Shown: piece by piece, positions 34,301-45,362 of the stretch
Layout of the letters: the number at the start of each line of letters is the position of its first letter
Numbering within the stretch: position 1 is the first letter of the stretch
Origin: Euglena gracilis
Taxonomy: Eukaryota
Length of the DNA: 64,000 bases
Reading direction: 5' to 3'
Assembly (NCBI GenBank): GCA_039621445.1
Contig: CP154954.1
Span: 17,328,589-17,392,588, forward strand
The notes under the pieces: generated by a model
Database searches by the model: none
Told to the model about the DNA's origin: nothing
What the model saw: only the letters and a program-made list of their open reading frames with translations
Translations under genes and position numbers: made by a program

Positions 34301-37300
34301 TGCTTGCACGTGGGGGGGGGGGGTCCGCAGGCCTTTTTTGAAGGTGCCTTAAAAAAAATCCTTAAACCTTAAACCGCCTCCAAATCCAGGAAGGAAAAAA
34401 AAATGGTTTCTGGCATCGCTGGATCATTGTCCATCCAACCAAAACTCCAAAAAATGCATTTTTGACTTTTTAAAATGCCTCAAAATTTGGGAAAAAAATT
34501 AGCCTGAAAAATAACAATCATGATCCCTGGTGGTCTGGACCCCTTCCGGTCCAGGAGGAACACCCTCCCCACTCTGACCCGTACACCGTCCATGTATCAA
34601 ATCCTGGGGTGAGGTTTGTTTTGAGATCTACAGAGCAACCCCCCCAGAAAACCTTCAAAAAACAACATTTTGTCCACGTTTGAGCCCTTTCTGCCAAAAG
34701 AATTTGTTGAGTCGTACCAATGTTTTTTTCAGCTCCCGATTGCACTGGGCTGGCCCAAACTTTATTCCAGCGGATCCTGGAGGGGGGGGGGGTCGGCAGT
34801 CTGGCTGGGAGCTGCTGATTGGGAAAAAAAGGTGCTGGGCTGACCCCACCCCTGTGGTCACCTCCGGATTAAGAAAACCCCTCGTTCTCGCTCTGGGGTA
34901 AAAAAAAGCCCAGAGAAAAAAATTGGAGGGCTTTTCAAAGACATGAAATTTTGGATATCCGTGGGACAAAAGCAGGAATTATGACTGTCAAATTGAATTG
35001 GAAATCAAATCAGGAGGTGCCAACACAAGAATATGAGTTTTCAGGTCCCAAACGGAATCACCTCCAAAATGGCACCATTTTGCCAAATGATGGAGAAAAC
35101 GGTGAAATTTTTGGGGGGGAAATGTAGTGCTAATTTTGGAGGCCAATATTGAAAATACGGGGGGGGGGGTGGCGGAATTTCCTTTTGCCAATTCGTTCAC
35201 CCCAATTTTGTGCGCCTCTGATTTCCTCCCTACAGAGGGGGCTCCGGGGGAACCCACTTCAGGGGGGTCAATTTTCGGACCAAACCCCGAAAGTCGTAAA
35301 ATCAGCCAGGTGAAACAAAAAGAAAACCCCCACGGGTGGTTTGCATTTGACCCCCGAAGGGGTGTTGGGCCCCGGGCTGTATGGGAAGGCCGGGTGGGGG
35401 GTGGTTGCCCCGCGCCAGGGGTGTTTTTAGGGCGGGGGGGGAGTGGGGGCCCCCCCCGCCCCCCCCCCCCGGGGGGGCCCGGGGGGGGGGGGGGGGTCCC
35501 GGGGGACCCAAAAAAAATGGCCGAAAATCGCGAAAAGTGACAAAAATAGCACTTTTTCAAGAATTTTCGGCACCTTCGGTGCCGAAAAGTATATATCCCA
35601 CCCCCCTCGGGGGGACCCGGACCCCCCCAGGGGGGGGGGGGGGCCCGGCCGGACCCCACCCCCCCCCCCCCCCCCCGGGGGGCAACGACGAAAAAAAACC
35701 CCTTCCCCCCCACCCACAGGGTTGCGTGGATTCCCGTACAGCCAGGGGTTTCTTAAGACCGGGGGGCCGCCCGCTGGGGGGGTCCCAGGGGACCCACAAA
35801 AAATGGCCGAAAAATCGCGAAAAGTGCTAAAAATAGCATTTTTCGGCGCCTTCTGCACCGAAAAGTATATCCCACCCCCTCCGGGGGACCCCCCCCCCCA
35901 GGGGGGCTCGGCCGGACCCACCCACCCTACCCCCCCCCGGGGTCCACGACTAAAAAAAACCCCTGCATACAGCCCTGGTCAGGCCTCCGGGCAAACCGCG
36001 GAGCAAAAGTATGGTCCGTTGCCGGGAGACCCGCTCCTCCTGCTGCACCTCCGTCAACATCCGTCCCACCCAGGGAATGTCTCAAGCCCCCCCCCCAGAG
36101 GGGAGGAACCCAGCCGGCTGGAAGGTCCTGGTCAGAAAAAAGGTGCTGGCTGGACCGCCCTAGGGGGGCGGGGGATCTGCCTGGGCTGGACCTGGAGGGA
36201 ACCCCAAAAACCATCAAGAAAGCCTAAATCCAGCTGGGTTGGATCCTTTTCAGCCACATTTTGAGGATTCAAAAAACAACCAAACCTGGACATGTTTGGC
36301 CATTTCGGACCCCTTTTTTTCAAAATTTTCGGTTTTTTTTTCTTCGTCCAGCCTGGCTTTAGCAGCTGCGAAAACTTTACTACTGCTTGAACCTGGTGGT
36401 CCGCAGCGCGGCTGGGAGGTGCTGCCTGGAAAAAAAAAGCTTGCTGGCTGGATCCCCGGGGGGGGGGGGGGGGGGGGGGCGAGATGGGGGGTCCAGCCTG
36501 AGAGATTCCCTGGCCCCACCTCCTCCTGGATTGGCCACGGGGCTTTGTTGTGACAAAAGGGTCGTCTAACGCTTCCCCAAAAAGTTTTTGGTGCTTTGCA
36601 CCGGAACCAAAATCAACTTTCAGTAACCTTGGAAACCAAGGCCCCGCATCAATTTGACCAGAGATCAATTTGAAAAAAAAATGAAGATTTCCATTCATCG
36701 GGACCAAACACCAATAGGAGCCATTTTTTCCATTCCACTCAACAAAGTCCCAAATCCAATGAAATGATGCTCCCAATGGTTGATGAGGCTTTGTTCTGGA
36801 GTCTCTGACGGAAAAAATCCACTGGAGTGCAAGAAAACACAACATTGAAAATCATTTGAGGGACAACAAACCAGAATTCTTTTTAACAACCCGACAGGGG
36901 AGATTGTGCTATGAGGTGCCTGGACATTCACAGATGGGTATGTATTATTGAAAATAATAACAATAATAATAATAATAATCGGCCGTCCTTTCCATACTTT
37001 CTTACCGACCCCCCCCCCAGGGGGAGGGGGGTCACTCCACTCTTTGAAAAACCTTTTTGGGGGAAACCAGTCAGTCACTACCCCCGGGGTCGGCCATGGA
37101 ATCCAAAGGAAATTTGACCAAGAACATGAAAAAAAAGACAAAAAATTCCGGCATCTTCGGCGCCGGATCACTTCAGTGGTTTTTTGCCGACCCCCCCCCC
37201 CGCCCCGGGGGGGAGGGGGGAGGGGGTCCGGGCCAAAGACCAGTCAGTCACTCTGAAGAAACCAGTCACCCCCGGGGTGGGGGGGTCGGCCAGTGACTGA

Positions 37301-40300
37301 GTGATTGTATGGTCCTTTCTGTCGCATGACGGAAATCCCCAAAAATTGGAGAGGAGAGATCACACAGGGAAGAATTCACTCAACACCAATTTACAAAAAT
37401 AAATTGGGTTGTGACCGTTGCATTTGCATTGCGAACACAATCCTGTCCTTGCAAAGAAGATATTTTCTTGAGATCCCATCATACACCAAGCCCCTCACCC
37501 CTCCCCAGGTCAACAACTTTTCCAAAATCTGTTGCACTATGGATATTTCCCACACAGGGGTTCATGCCCACGATGCAAAGTATGGAAAGGCCCCGCAGCA
37601 TGCAAAAAATCATCTGCTGTGACCATGGCCACATCGTGCGTGTCCGCCTTCGGCCCAGAACAGGCCATTTCTGTATGAAACTTCATATCAACTTCCAGCA
37701 AAAAAAAAGTCCAAAAAGAGTCCAGCTGATGGATTGAGGAACAGCCCGGTCCTGATATTGCCAGCAGCCCCACATGTGCAGCAGCCAGCCAACCCGCTGG
37801 CAGTGTGAAATCCTCATGTGTATGCACGAGGGCACAAGGCTGATACACACCCCGGCTCCAGGGGTCAACCTCTACAAGGGCGTGTTTCCAGGGCTGCCTT
37901 GGGCAATTGCAATTGGACTTGACAGTTGGCTGTTGCAATCGACCGGTGCAAAACTGGACCCCGACATTTGGGCACCTCGGGAGCAGATTTTTGCTGAAGG
38001 ACCTGGGGGGTCCACCGTCTAGACACTAGAGAAAAAAGCCACTGGCTTGGTCCAGGGGGCTCCCAACTGGATAAAAATTTCGGCCCTGCACGCCACGGTG
38101 GAAATGAGGTTTTACAACTGTTTTGGCTGATTTCGTTCCCAAAAAAAAATACCAAACATGGCCAAAAACGAGCATTGTGGCAGGCATCAGGGCCCTCAAA
38201 AAAATTCGGCACTTCATGCTGGTCACTGGCAGGCTATTGCTCAAAGACCGGGGGGGGGAGGTGCACTGGCTCGCCAGTTTGCGTGATAATGGATAAAAGG
38301 GACCAGCTTGACCCCCTCCCCAGAGCAGAACGGGAAGGCCTGGTGGGGGGGGTGGTCGACCCCCCCCCACCCGGGAGTTGGGGGGGTGGGTCGCCCCCCC
38401 CCCCCACCCGCCACAGCATTTTCATCAATTTCGGCCAACGGGGACGTTGCCCGGGGGAAATTTTTGAATTTTTTTTTGAAAAACGAACCCAAAATACAAG
38501 ATTTTTTTTATGGAAAACCACATTTTTCACAAAAAAAATCTCAAAATTTTCAGGTTGAAAATTGGTAGTTTTTAGGAGGGGGTTAAAAAAAAACAAAGCT
38601 CAAAAAAATGAACAAAATTTTGGCACAATCCAATTTTACTGAGATTTTTTCTCTTGGAATTTTTTTTGATTTTCAATGGCTTTTTTTGCATCAAAAACCG
38701 CTCACAAGGTTGGGTTTTGTTTTTGTATTTTTGGGGGGTCCCAAAATCGGCCCAAATTTTTTGGGGGGGTACCCAAAAATCAAAATTTTGGGTCTCCATT
38801 GGCGATGAGAGAAAACCATGGGAAACAATGGTCAACATCCGCAAAGTCACAAAGGGGCTGTCGCTCAGAGTTGTCCTGAACACTCCCCGTCTGCTTGAAA
38901 CACACTTTCTGGCGGTTTTTTTTTCCATAGTCAGACCTTCCCCCAGTTAGTCCAGTTAGGTTAGTTGGTACAGTTTTGGATCCTGAAATTTTTTTGGGGC
39001 CACAAGGCAGGCCTTTCAAAATGCCCCAAAACGCAAATTTTCTGTTCAAGACATGTAAAAACCCCCCAAACTGAAAATAATAGTCTCGATTCCAACGATC
39101 ACGCCTTATCAGAATCCACAATTTTGTTGTACTATCCCCCCCGGTGTATAAACACCGGCCTTGTATAAGCACTGCCCCCCCCCGGTGTGCTTCTATCCTT
39201 TTGGACGTGTTGGACAGGAATCCTGCTGTGCACGCGGGGGTCGGTGGTTCGATTCCGGCTGCAAAGGCCGCACCCCCCGGCGGGGAGGGGGGGTTGGGGT
39301 GGGTCCGGCCGGACCCCCCCCCCGGGGGCCCAGAGGGGGGGGGGGTGAGATATACTTTTTGGCGCCGCAGGCGCAGAAAATTTTTAAAAAATGGCTTTTC
39401 TTGGCCAAAATCAGCCTTTTTTTAGGTGGTTAAGGGTTAAGGGTTAAATTTTTCAAAGAGGGGGTCCCAAAAATACAAATTTTTGGTGTTTTTGGGGGGG
39501 TACCCAAAAAACAAAATTTTGGGGGGGGGACCCAAAACCCAAAACCCAACCTTGCCGCTCAAAATCAAAATTTTGAGAAAATGTTGATATTTTGGAAGGT
39601 GTGAAAAAAATGGGGTTTTGAGGGGACCGCGTGTATGGGTCCCAAAATGGGTCCAAAAAAACCCCCAAGTGCAGAAGGCGCCGGGAAGAGGTGGTGGGGG
39701 GGGTCGACCCCCCCCCACCCACCATGCAGGGGGTGGGGGGGGTCGACCCCCCCACCCACCACCCTGGCCGCGAGGCCGTTTCCCGTTCTGCCCTGCCCCT
39801 CCCCCCCGGGGGGGTTGTATGGGAAGAGGAATGAAGGGGGGAGTCAGACCATTGACCCCCACCACCTGCCTCAATACAAACAGGCTTCCCAAAAAAAATA
39901 CAAAAAAACACAAAAAAATGCAAGTAGCATGTGGAGAGGACTTGGAGAGGAGCTTTCAGCTCCATCAGGAAATTTTTTCATTTGCATAAAAATAAGCATT
40001 TTGTTGACCAAAAAATGCAAAAAAAAATGGCAAAGAATTGACAAAATTTTGATCTCATGGGAAATCAGGGCCAAAACGAGGAATTTTTCAAAGTGGAAAT
40101 TTTTTCCAGCAAAAATCCAAAAATCGCCAGAAAAAAACGCATTAAGCCACCTGAGGCTATGCGCAGTTTGGATATTTATTTGAAGTCGGAATGATTTCCC
40201 AGCAGAAGTTGCCAAATTTTGTCAAAATTTTAAAATTGGCAAAATTTGGCAAATCTGCAACAAAAAAAACAAAAAGCACCTGGGCCCTTATGAACCGTTC

Positions 40301-43300
40301 AAGGAATGGCCGGAACTCATTTCGTCTTTCAGGTTCATGCGGAAAAATTGCAGAAAGGGAGGAAACTGTGGGGAAATTGCGGGAAACTCGCGGGAAAATT
40401 GCCGAATATTGCAGAAAATTGTGGAAAATCGCGGAAACGGCGGGAAAATTGCGCACATCAATTTCCCCCTGCAAATGTCCCCATGTATTTAGGGACATAA
40501 AAGCATCTGATAGGGTGGGGTGAGAAATATTTTTGCCACTGTGTGTTTAAAAATCACTCTCAAACAAGATCCAATTAAGGCGTCGCTTAGCGACTCCTGG
40601 AGAGAAGTTCCAGCTCGAGGCTGGAAATTTTGCTCAAGCCAGCCCTGTGTGGGAGGCCAAGATGGCCAGCTTGACTGATGCCCACCGCACAACGTTGAAT
40701 CCTTCTTGGTTGATAGCACGAATCAAAAACAGGTCATTGCTGTCATTCATGACCCCCCCCCCCCGACCCATGAAACTTAGACCGCAAAAGACAATTTTGC
40801 TGAAAATCCCGTCTGGGAGAACTGATTGAAAAAAAAATCACAGTAAATGCTGAAATATGAAAAAAAATCTATTGGCAGGTACGCCACAGGCTGTGTGCAG
40901 TGGGAAGAAATGCAACATGGACCCCCAAAGCAAAAAAAAATTGAATGAAATTCTGGCTTTTGGAAGAAGTTCCAGAGACTTATGAGGCAGCCTCCAACTA
41001 AAGGGACCCCCCCCGGGGGGCCTTTAATTGGATCAGGGGGAGGCAATTTTTTTTGTGTTATTGAAGGAATAGGGTTAGGGGTACGACTTAGGGTTAGGGT
41101 GAGGCCTAATTTACAGATTAGTGTACAAGTTAGGCCGAATTTGTAAACCTGACCTCACTCCATCAGTAACGCAAAAAAAAATTGCCGCCCCCCTGATCCA
41201 ACTAAAAGCCCCCCCGGGGGGTCCCTTTGGAGGCTGCCACTTATGACTAGGTGCATTACTGCTCCAGAGCAGACCACCAGCGGGAAGAAGTTATAGCTAA
41301 CCTTAAAATTTTCCGCCTCCCGGCCAGGAACCTTTCGCCACCCAATCCCGCGACTTTTCCATACATTTTTGCAACTTGACCTGGTTTACTTTGGCATTGA
41401 TCCCCGTCATTTTCGCCACATCTGGCCGTCACTCCCGGGACCCTTGGCAGTTGAAAATGGGGCACACCTTAAAGGCACTGGTGCTGCAATTCATGGGGGG
41501 GGGACCCACTTCGGTTCTCCAAAAATGGTCAAAAATCGCGAAAATGCTAAAAATAGCACCCCTTTCAAAAATTTTCGGCGCCTTTGTGGCCGACAAGCAC
41601 ATCCCACCTCCCTCCCCCTGGGGGGGGGGGGGCTGGGCCAGACCCACCCTACCCCGCCGGCGGTCCAAGACTGTAATAATAACCCTGGCATTCAGCAAAT
41701 TGTGGTCACTCTCAACTAAGGTTGGACGACTGTTCGTTCAACCTCGTGAACGAATAAAACCGATTAATCTCCCCTATCCGACGAATAGTCGACTATTTTC
41801 ACCCTTCGAGTTTTCTCTGCTCCATTCCACTCTGTAAATAATACAACAAAAATGGTGAATAGATATATTTGTTAAATTATATACCAGGTCGTATAACATT
41901 CATCGTTTACATTAAAACCTATTTTCTGGGCCCGACGCCTGTCTTGTTTGATTTTAGACACCTGTCCAAAATGATGGATCTATACCTATACCTATTTTAC
42001 CTATTTTATTATAATACTACACCTAACGCCCGTTTCTTTCGCACTCCACACCGTATTTATTTGCACTTTTGGTCAATATTTTGCACCTTATCTCAAAAAT
42101 GTTTGCACCTGTTAAAAATTTGTTCGCACGTTATCTCAAAAATGTTTGCCACTTTATCTCAAAAATATTTGCCTACGTTCCGAAAATTTTTGCACACGGA
42201 TCGGGTGTTTTGCACTTTTGCCCTTAAGTCCGCGTCTTAGGTGCAGGGACTCAGGACAGGCTTTGCATCTAAGACATCTAATGAGGTCTGTGTCTTGAGA
42301 CGGAGACCATCCAAAGTGCTGCGTCTTGAATAATGATTTTGTTGGAACCCCCCAAAATCGACCAAAATGGGTCAGAAAGCGTTTGATTTTATTACCCATT
42401 TTACTATATTCATTAACTAAGAATTATTTCATACAAAAATCGACTGCCACTGGGGTGAAAGGGTGCATGCCCCTAGCAGGCACAACCCCGGGGGGGGGGG
42501 TCCGGGGGGCCCAGAAAATTTTCATTGAAAATGGTCTTTTTCGGGCCCCCGGCGCCTTTGGCACCAGACCCCCCAAAAACCCGACCCCCCCCCCCCCCCG
42601 GCGGGGGGGGTGCGGGGGGGGGGCGGTTGGGGGCCCGCCCCTCCGTGGGGTTGGCTCCCGCCTGTAGGAAAAAAAAGCCTGCCCCCCACAAAGTGTCCCC
42701 CCCCCCCGGCCACTTTGAGGGGGAGTGAGGGTATATGTGCACTTTTCTTTTCTTTTTGAGGACTGTCTTGAAACCCATTTATTTGGAACGGCGCCCATGC
42801 TAGAACCTGTTAATGTCAGTCGATTTGCAAGACAGGCGCCGGGCCCTGGAAATAGGGTTTAAGTTTTTTATTTAATAATTTTCATACATTAATGAAAATA
42901 GAATACCATACATTATTATTAGGACCAATTCTATGGTCTTTTTTATTACATATGAATTGTTAAGTTTTGTTACATATATATACATAGATATATTTATATA
43001 TTTATAAAATACACACACATATATGGGGGAGCACACGGCTGGCCGACGGCTGGCCGACGGCGTGACGGAAGCCGAGTCATTTGTTCATCTGAATGAGGGT
43101 AGCAAATGCCTAATTTGGTGTGCCAATTTGGAAATTTGAGAGGCAAATTCCTAATTTAGTGTGCCAACTCCTAATTTTGAGGTGCAAATTCCTGATTTTA
43201 CGTCAAAATTCCTAATTTTGAGTGGCAAATGCCTCATTTCGGATGTAAAAACACTGAAATTTGAGTGGTAAGCGCTATTTTGGGTTGGCAAATGCCTGAT

Positions 43301-45362
43301 TTTAGGTGTAAAATCCAATTTTCAGTGGAAAATTGGGTGGCATGAGTGGAAATGCACATCTCGGGGTGAAAATCAGTTGCAGCGGCTAATGCCTAAAGCA
43401 ACATGCTTCATGTTGGGTTCAGGTGCCAAATCTTAATTTCGGATGTTCATTTTGAATTATCTTTCAAATTCTACAAGAGGGGCTACCTTGGGCAAGGCAA
43501 TTTTTAGTCACTTGAAACCAATTCACACAAAATTTGAGCCTTTTGTCAGTTCGTTGAAAATGGGACACCAGTTGAGCAATTTTTAGTTATTCAAATACCT
43601 AATTTGCAGACGAAAATCCTTCACAGTGACTATAGAATGACCCAAAAATAGGCCGAAATGGTCAGAATTGGCCAAAAAGAGTCCAAAATTAGCAAACTTG
43701 ACAAAAGTTAGCGAAAAATGACTTAAAATGGGCAAAAATGCAGCCTCTACTAATGATGAACATGACCTTGAAGGGAGATTGACGGCGAAATTGCTTCTTC
43801 ATTGCAAGGCTGTGGCTCGGGACATTTTCCTGTGAGTCACACGGCTGGCCGACGGCTGGCCGACGGCGTGCTCCCCCTATGTAATATTTTTTTGGCAACC
43901 TCCAACTAAAAGGCCCCCCCAGGGGGCCCTTTTAGTTGGAGGTTGCCATAGGCTGCATAGGCTGCATGTATATATATATATATATTATATATATTATATA
44001 TATTAATATATATAAGTGAAGTAATGATCGATTAAAATAGATTATCTTATCAAATAATATATTTTATGTGTATCAATACCTTTGTATTAGTGGGTCTAAA
44101 TCTATTAATCTACTATTATACTTATTTCTATTTATAGATATTTACTTCTATTATATCTGTACAACCTCTATAAAACTATTATATCTGTACCAACTTCTAT
44201 AAAATATTAATCGATACAATAATTATGTACCAGCTAATCCTATAGGTATTGATACAGTGGACCTAATCCAATACATGCTTTATTTGGGCTTCGGGTAGAG
44301 GTTTTAGAGGTAATATATAAAAGGTAAATCTGACATGTGTAGCAATTATAATATATATATATATATGTAATATTGTTAAAATTAAAACATCTTCAAAAAA
44401 CAAGAACTAAAAAAAACTTTTAAAAAAAAAATATTAAAAAATCCCTTGTGGCAGCCATTTTTTTGCATGTAATTTGGCTTCTGTGCACCCAAGAATGACC
44501 CCTGAATGTTGTGCACCAGTCCAATTTTGTAAGAGGCAAATTTGTTCACGACTATTCTTTTTGGGCATGAACAATTAATCCTGTTCAGGGGTCCCGAACG
44601 AATAATCGATCAATCATCAAAACATTGACCTGGGTATGGTACGGCAACTTCCTGCAACTGTAGTCAGCCCTGCTTCACTTCATTCATTTCAGTTTACCAG
44701 TCATTGATTTCGATGCTTGAGCCCTGGAAAGGTCGTTGTTGGCCGGCCCTTCGGCCTGAGGGCGGGCATTCCTTAGTCAAAAAAACCCTGACCCATAATT
44801 GGATTTGGAAAAGTCCAGCCCCCGGAAAGACAGGAAAGCCAGCGGCACCGAAACGCCGCTTTCAGAAAGTGGTGGCGAACGCCGGTTCTGTCGTGAACCC
44901 GGCGTTCCGTCCCAGACACCGGCTTCACGACAGAACCACGCCTCCCTTCTTGATATAGAGGTTCCATTGCGTCAAAAAAAAGCTGCCGCATTGGATTAAA
45001 ATGCTGATGGTGTTTTCCCAGGCATGCAAAAGATGTAACACAAGGGATACTTCTATTTTGGGGCCCTCAGACAGCAAAAAAAAAAAATCATTGGATTGCC
45101 TAAAATCAATGGATTTGCCAAAACTCCCAAAAATTCTGGCGCCTTTGTCGGTTTTTGGCCCATCTGGAGCCAAAACCAGTCAGTCACGCCAAAAAAAAGG
45201 CAGTCAGTCACCCTGGGTCGGAACTTGAAACAAGCCTGTCCTTCACAACATCACTGCCTTGGTTGATGACAATGGTCACCTGATGTGCGTTGGACCCGTC
45301 CTCCACAGGCGAAAAGCTGACTCCCAGCCCAATGAAGTTGGACGTAAATCCAAAGTTGTCAC
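28391..45362 (-). CDS. Gene B: multi-exon protein of unknown function with a coiled-coil segment; span includes introns
   Basis: In-frame chain 37683-37623, 36548-36516, 36065-35981, 35366-35353, 34592-34541, 32116-31870 reads KFHTEMACSGPKADTHDVAMDKAPWPIQEEVGRMLTEVQQEERVSRQRTILLLRGLPGGLTPLRVDGVRVRVGRVFLLDRKGAREVGAWSPREQSGVRWIHHLEHRLHAMLEADLDHRLAALERL. Other exons at 45362-45242, ~41390-41242, ~40715-40575, ~31345-31215, ~29141-29074 and 28474-28391 (stop); their linkage is inferred. Confidence 0.65.
29429..29627. mobile_element. Small MITE with TA TSD
   Basis: TA|ACGTGACCCCCCC ... GGGGGGGTCACGT|TA; same end at ~54325. Confidence 0.75.
30050..30678 (+). mobile_element. Fragment of a CRE-like (restriction-endonuclease-type) non-LTR retrotransposon, post-RT region with Zn knuckle
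   Basis: AVRFASQQRPHAMAWASVTPSSGLKTLVASAEFKGFLKWSLGAPVCPPTGSTCPRCTKPMDNLGNHLVCCSSNGITRRH; frameshifted; truncated by a MITE. Confidence 0.75.
31586..31869 (-). other. Nonconventional intron formed by a long fold-back
   Basis: CCC-CAGAGCCCCC...GGGGGCTCTG-GGGAG; arms ~31585-31708 and ~31783-31872; removal continues the frame SPEEP|DNESSFL. Confidence 0.65.
31870..32116 (-). CDS. Gene B coiled-coil exon
   Basis: Very high GC3; LEHRLHAMLEADLDHRLAALERLNSGALAEENRHLLERIATAE. Confidence 0.85.
32564..34306. mobile_element. 1.74-kb non-autonomous DNA transposon (hAT/P-like, perfect 8-bp TSD) filled with minisatellites
   Basis: CACGTGGG|CAAGCACCTCTG ... CAGAGGTGCTTG|CACGTGGG; contains (CAGCATCGCC)n, GACCACTTTTG-type and 18-bp CAGCATCTGCATCTTGTC repeats. 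Confidence 0.85.
35367..35980 (-). other. Nonconventional intron = MITE 35372-35977 plus one 8-bp TSD, with a nested MITE at 35743-35965
   Basis: Outer TIR C(A/C)GGGCTGTA(T/C)GGGAA, flanks GTTGGGCC/GTCAGGCC; inner CAGGGGTT..AACCCCTG with flanks CGTACAGC/CATACAGC. Confidence 0.75.
36066..36515 (-). other. Nonconventional intron = MITE 36071-36512 plus one 8-bp TSD
   Basis: TIR CAGGGAAT(G/C)TCTCA; flanks GTCCCACC/GCCCCACC; removal gives IQEEVG|RMLTEVQQEER. Confidence 0.85.
40986..41238. mobile_element. GG-ended MITE with perfect 8-bp TSD (Merlin-like ends), within a probable gene B exon
   Basis: ACTTATGA|GGCAGCCTCCAA ... TTGGAGGCTGCC|ACTTATGA; ~70-bp TIRs; short TTAGGG-like tract inside. Confidence 0.8.
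41916..42858. mobile_element. TTAA-flanked non-autonomous element (Kolobok/piggyBac-like)
   Basis: TTAA|AACCTATTTTCTGGGCCCGACGCCTGTCTTG ... CAAGACAGGCGCCGGGCCCTGGAAATAGGGT|TTAA. Confidence 0.7.
43025..43877. mobile_element. Non-autonomous element with GGGGGAGCAC TIR and TAT flanks (PIF/Harbinger-like)
   Basis: TAT|GGGGGAGCAC ... GTGCTCCCCC|TAT; direct subterminal repeat CACACGGCTGGCCGACGGCTGGCCGACGGCGTG at both ends; internal ~21-bp CAAATTCCTAATTT repeats. Confidence 0.65.
45242..45362 (-). CDS. Minus-strand exon (probably gene B)
   Basis: CAG acceptor, GDNFGFTSNFIGLGVSFSPVEDGSNAHQVTIVINQGSDVVK, then GGA-CAG nonconventional donor. Confidence 0.65.

Noticed and set aside
34988-35921. Pro/Gly-rich ORFs here and in similar G/C-run regions (16.7-17.3, 39, 52 and 57 kb)
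   Set aside because: They come from poly-G/poly-C tracts of dispersed MITE families.
39225-39265. tRNA suggested by GGTTCGATTCC
   Set aside because: No acceptor stem or D arm could be formed; the stretch may instead be a minus-strand exon.
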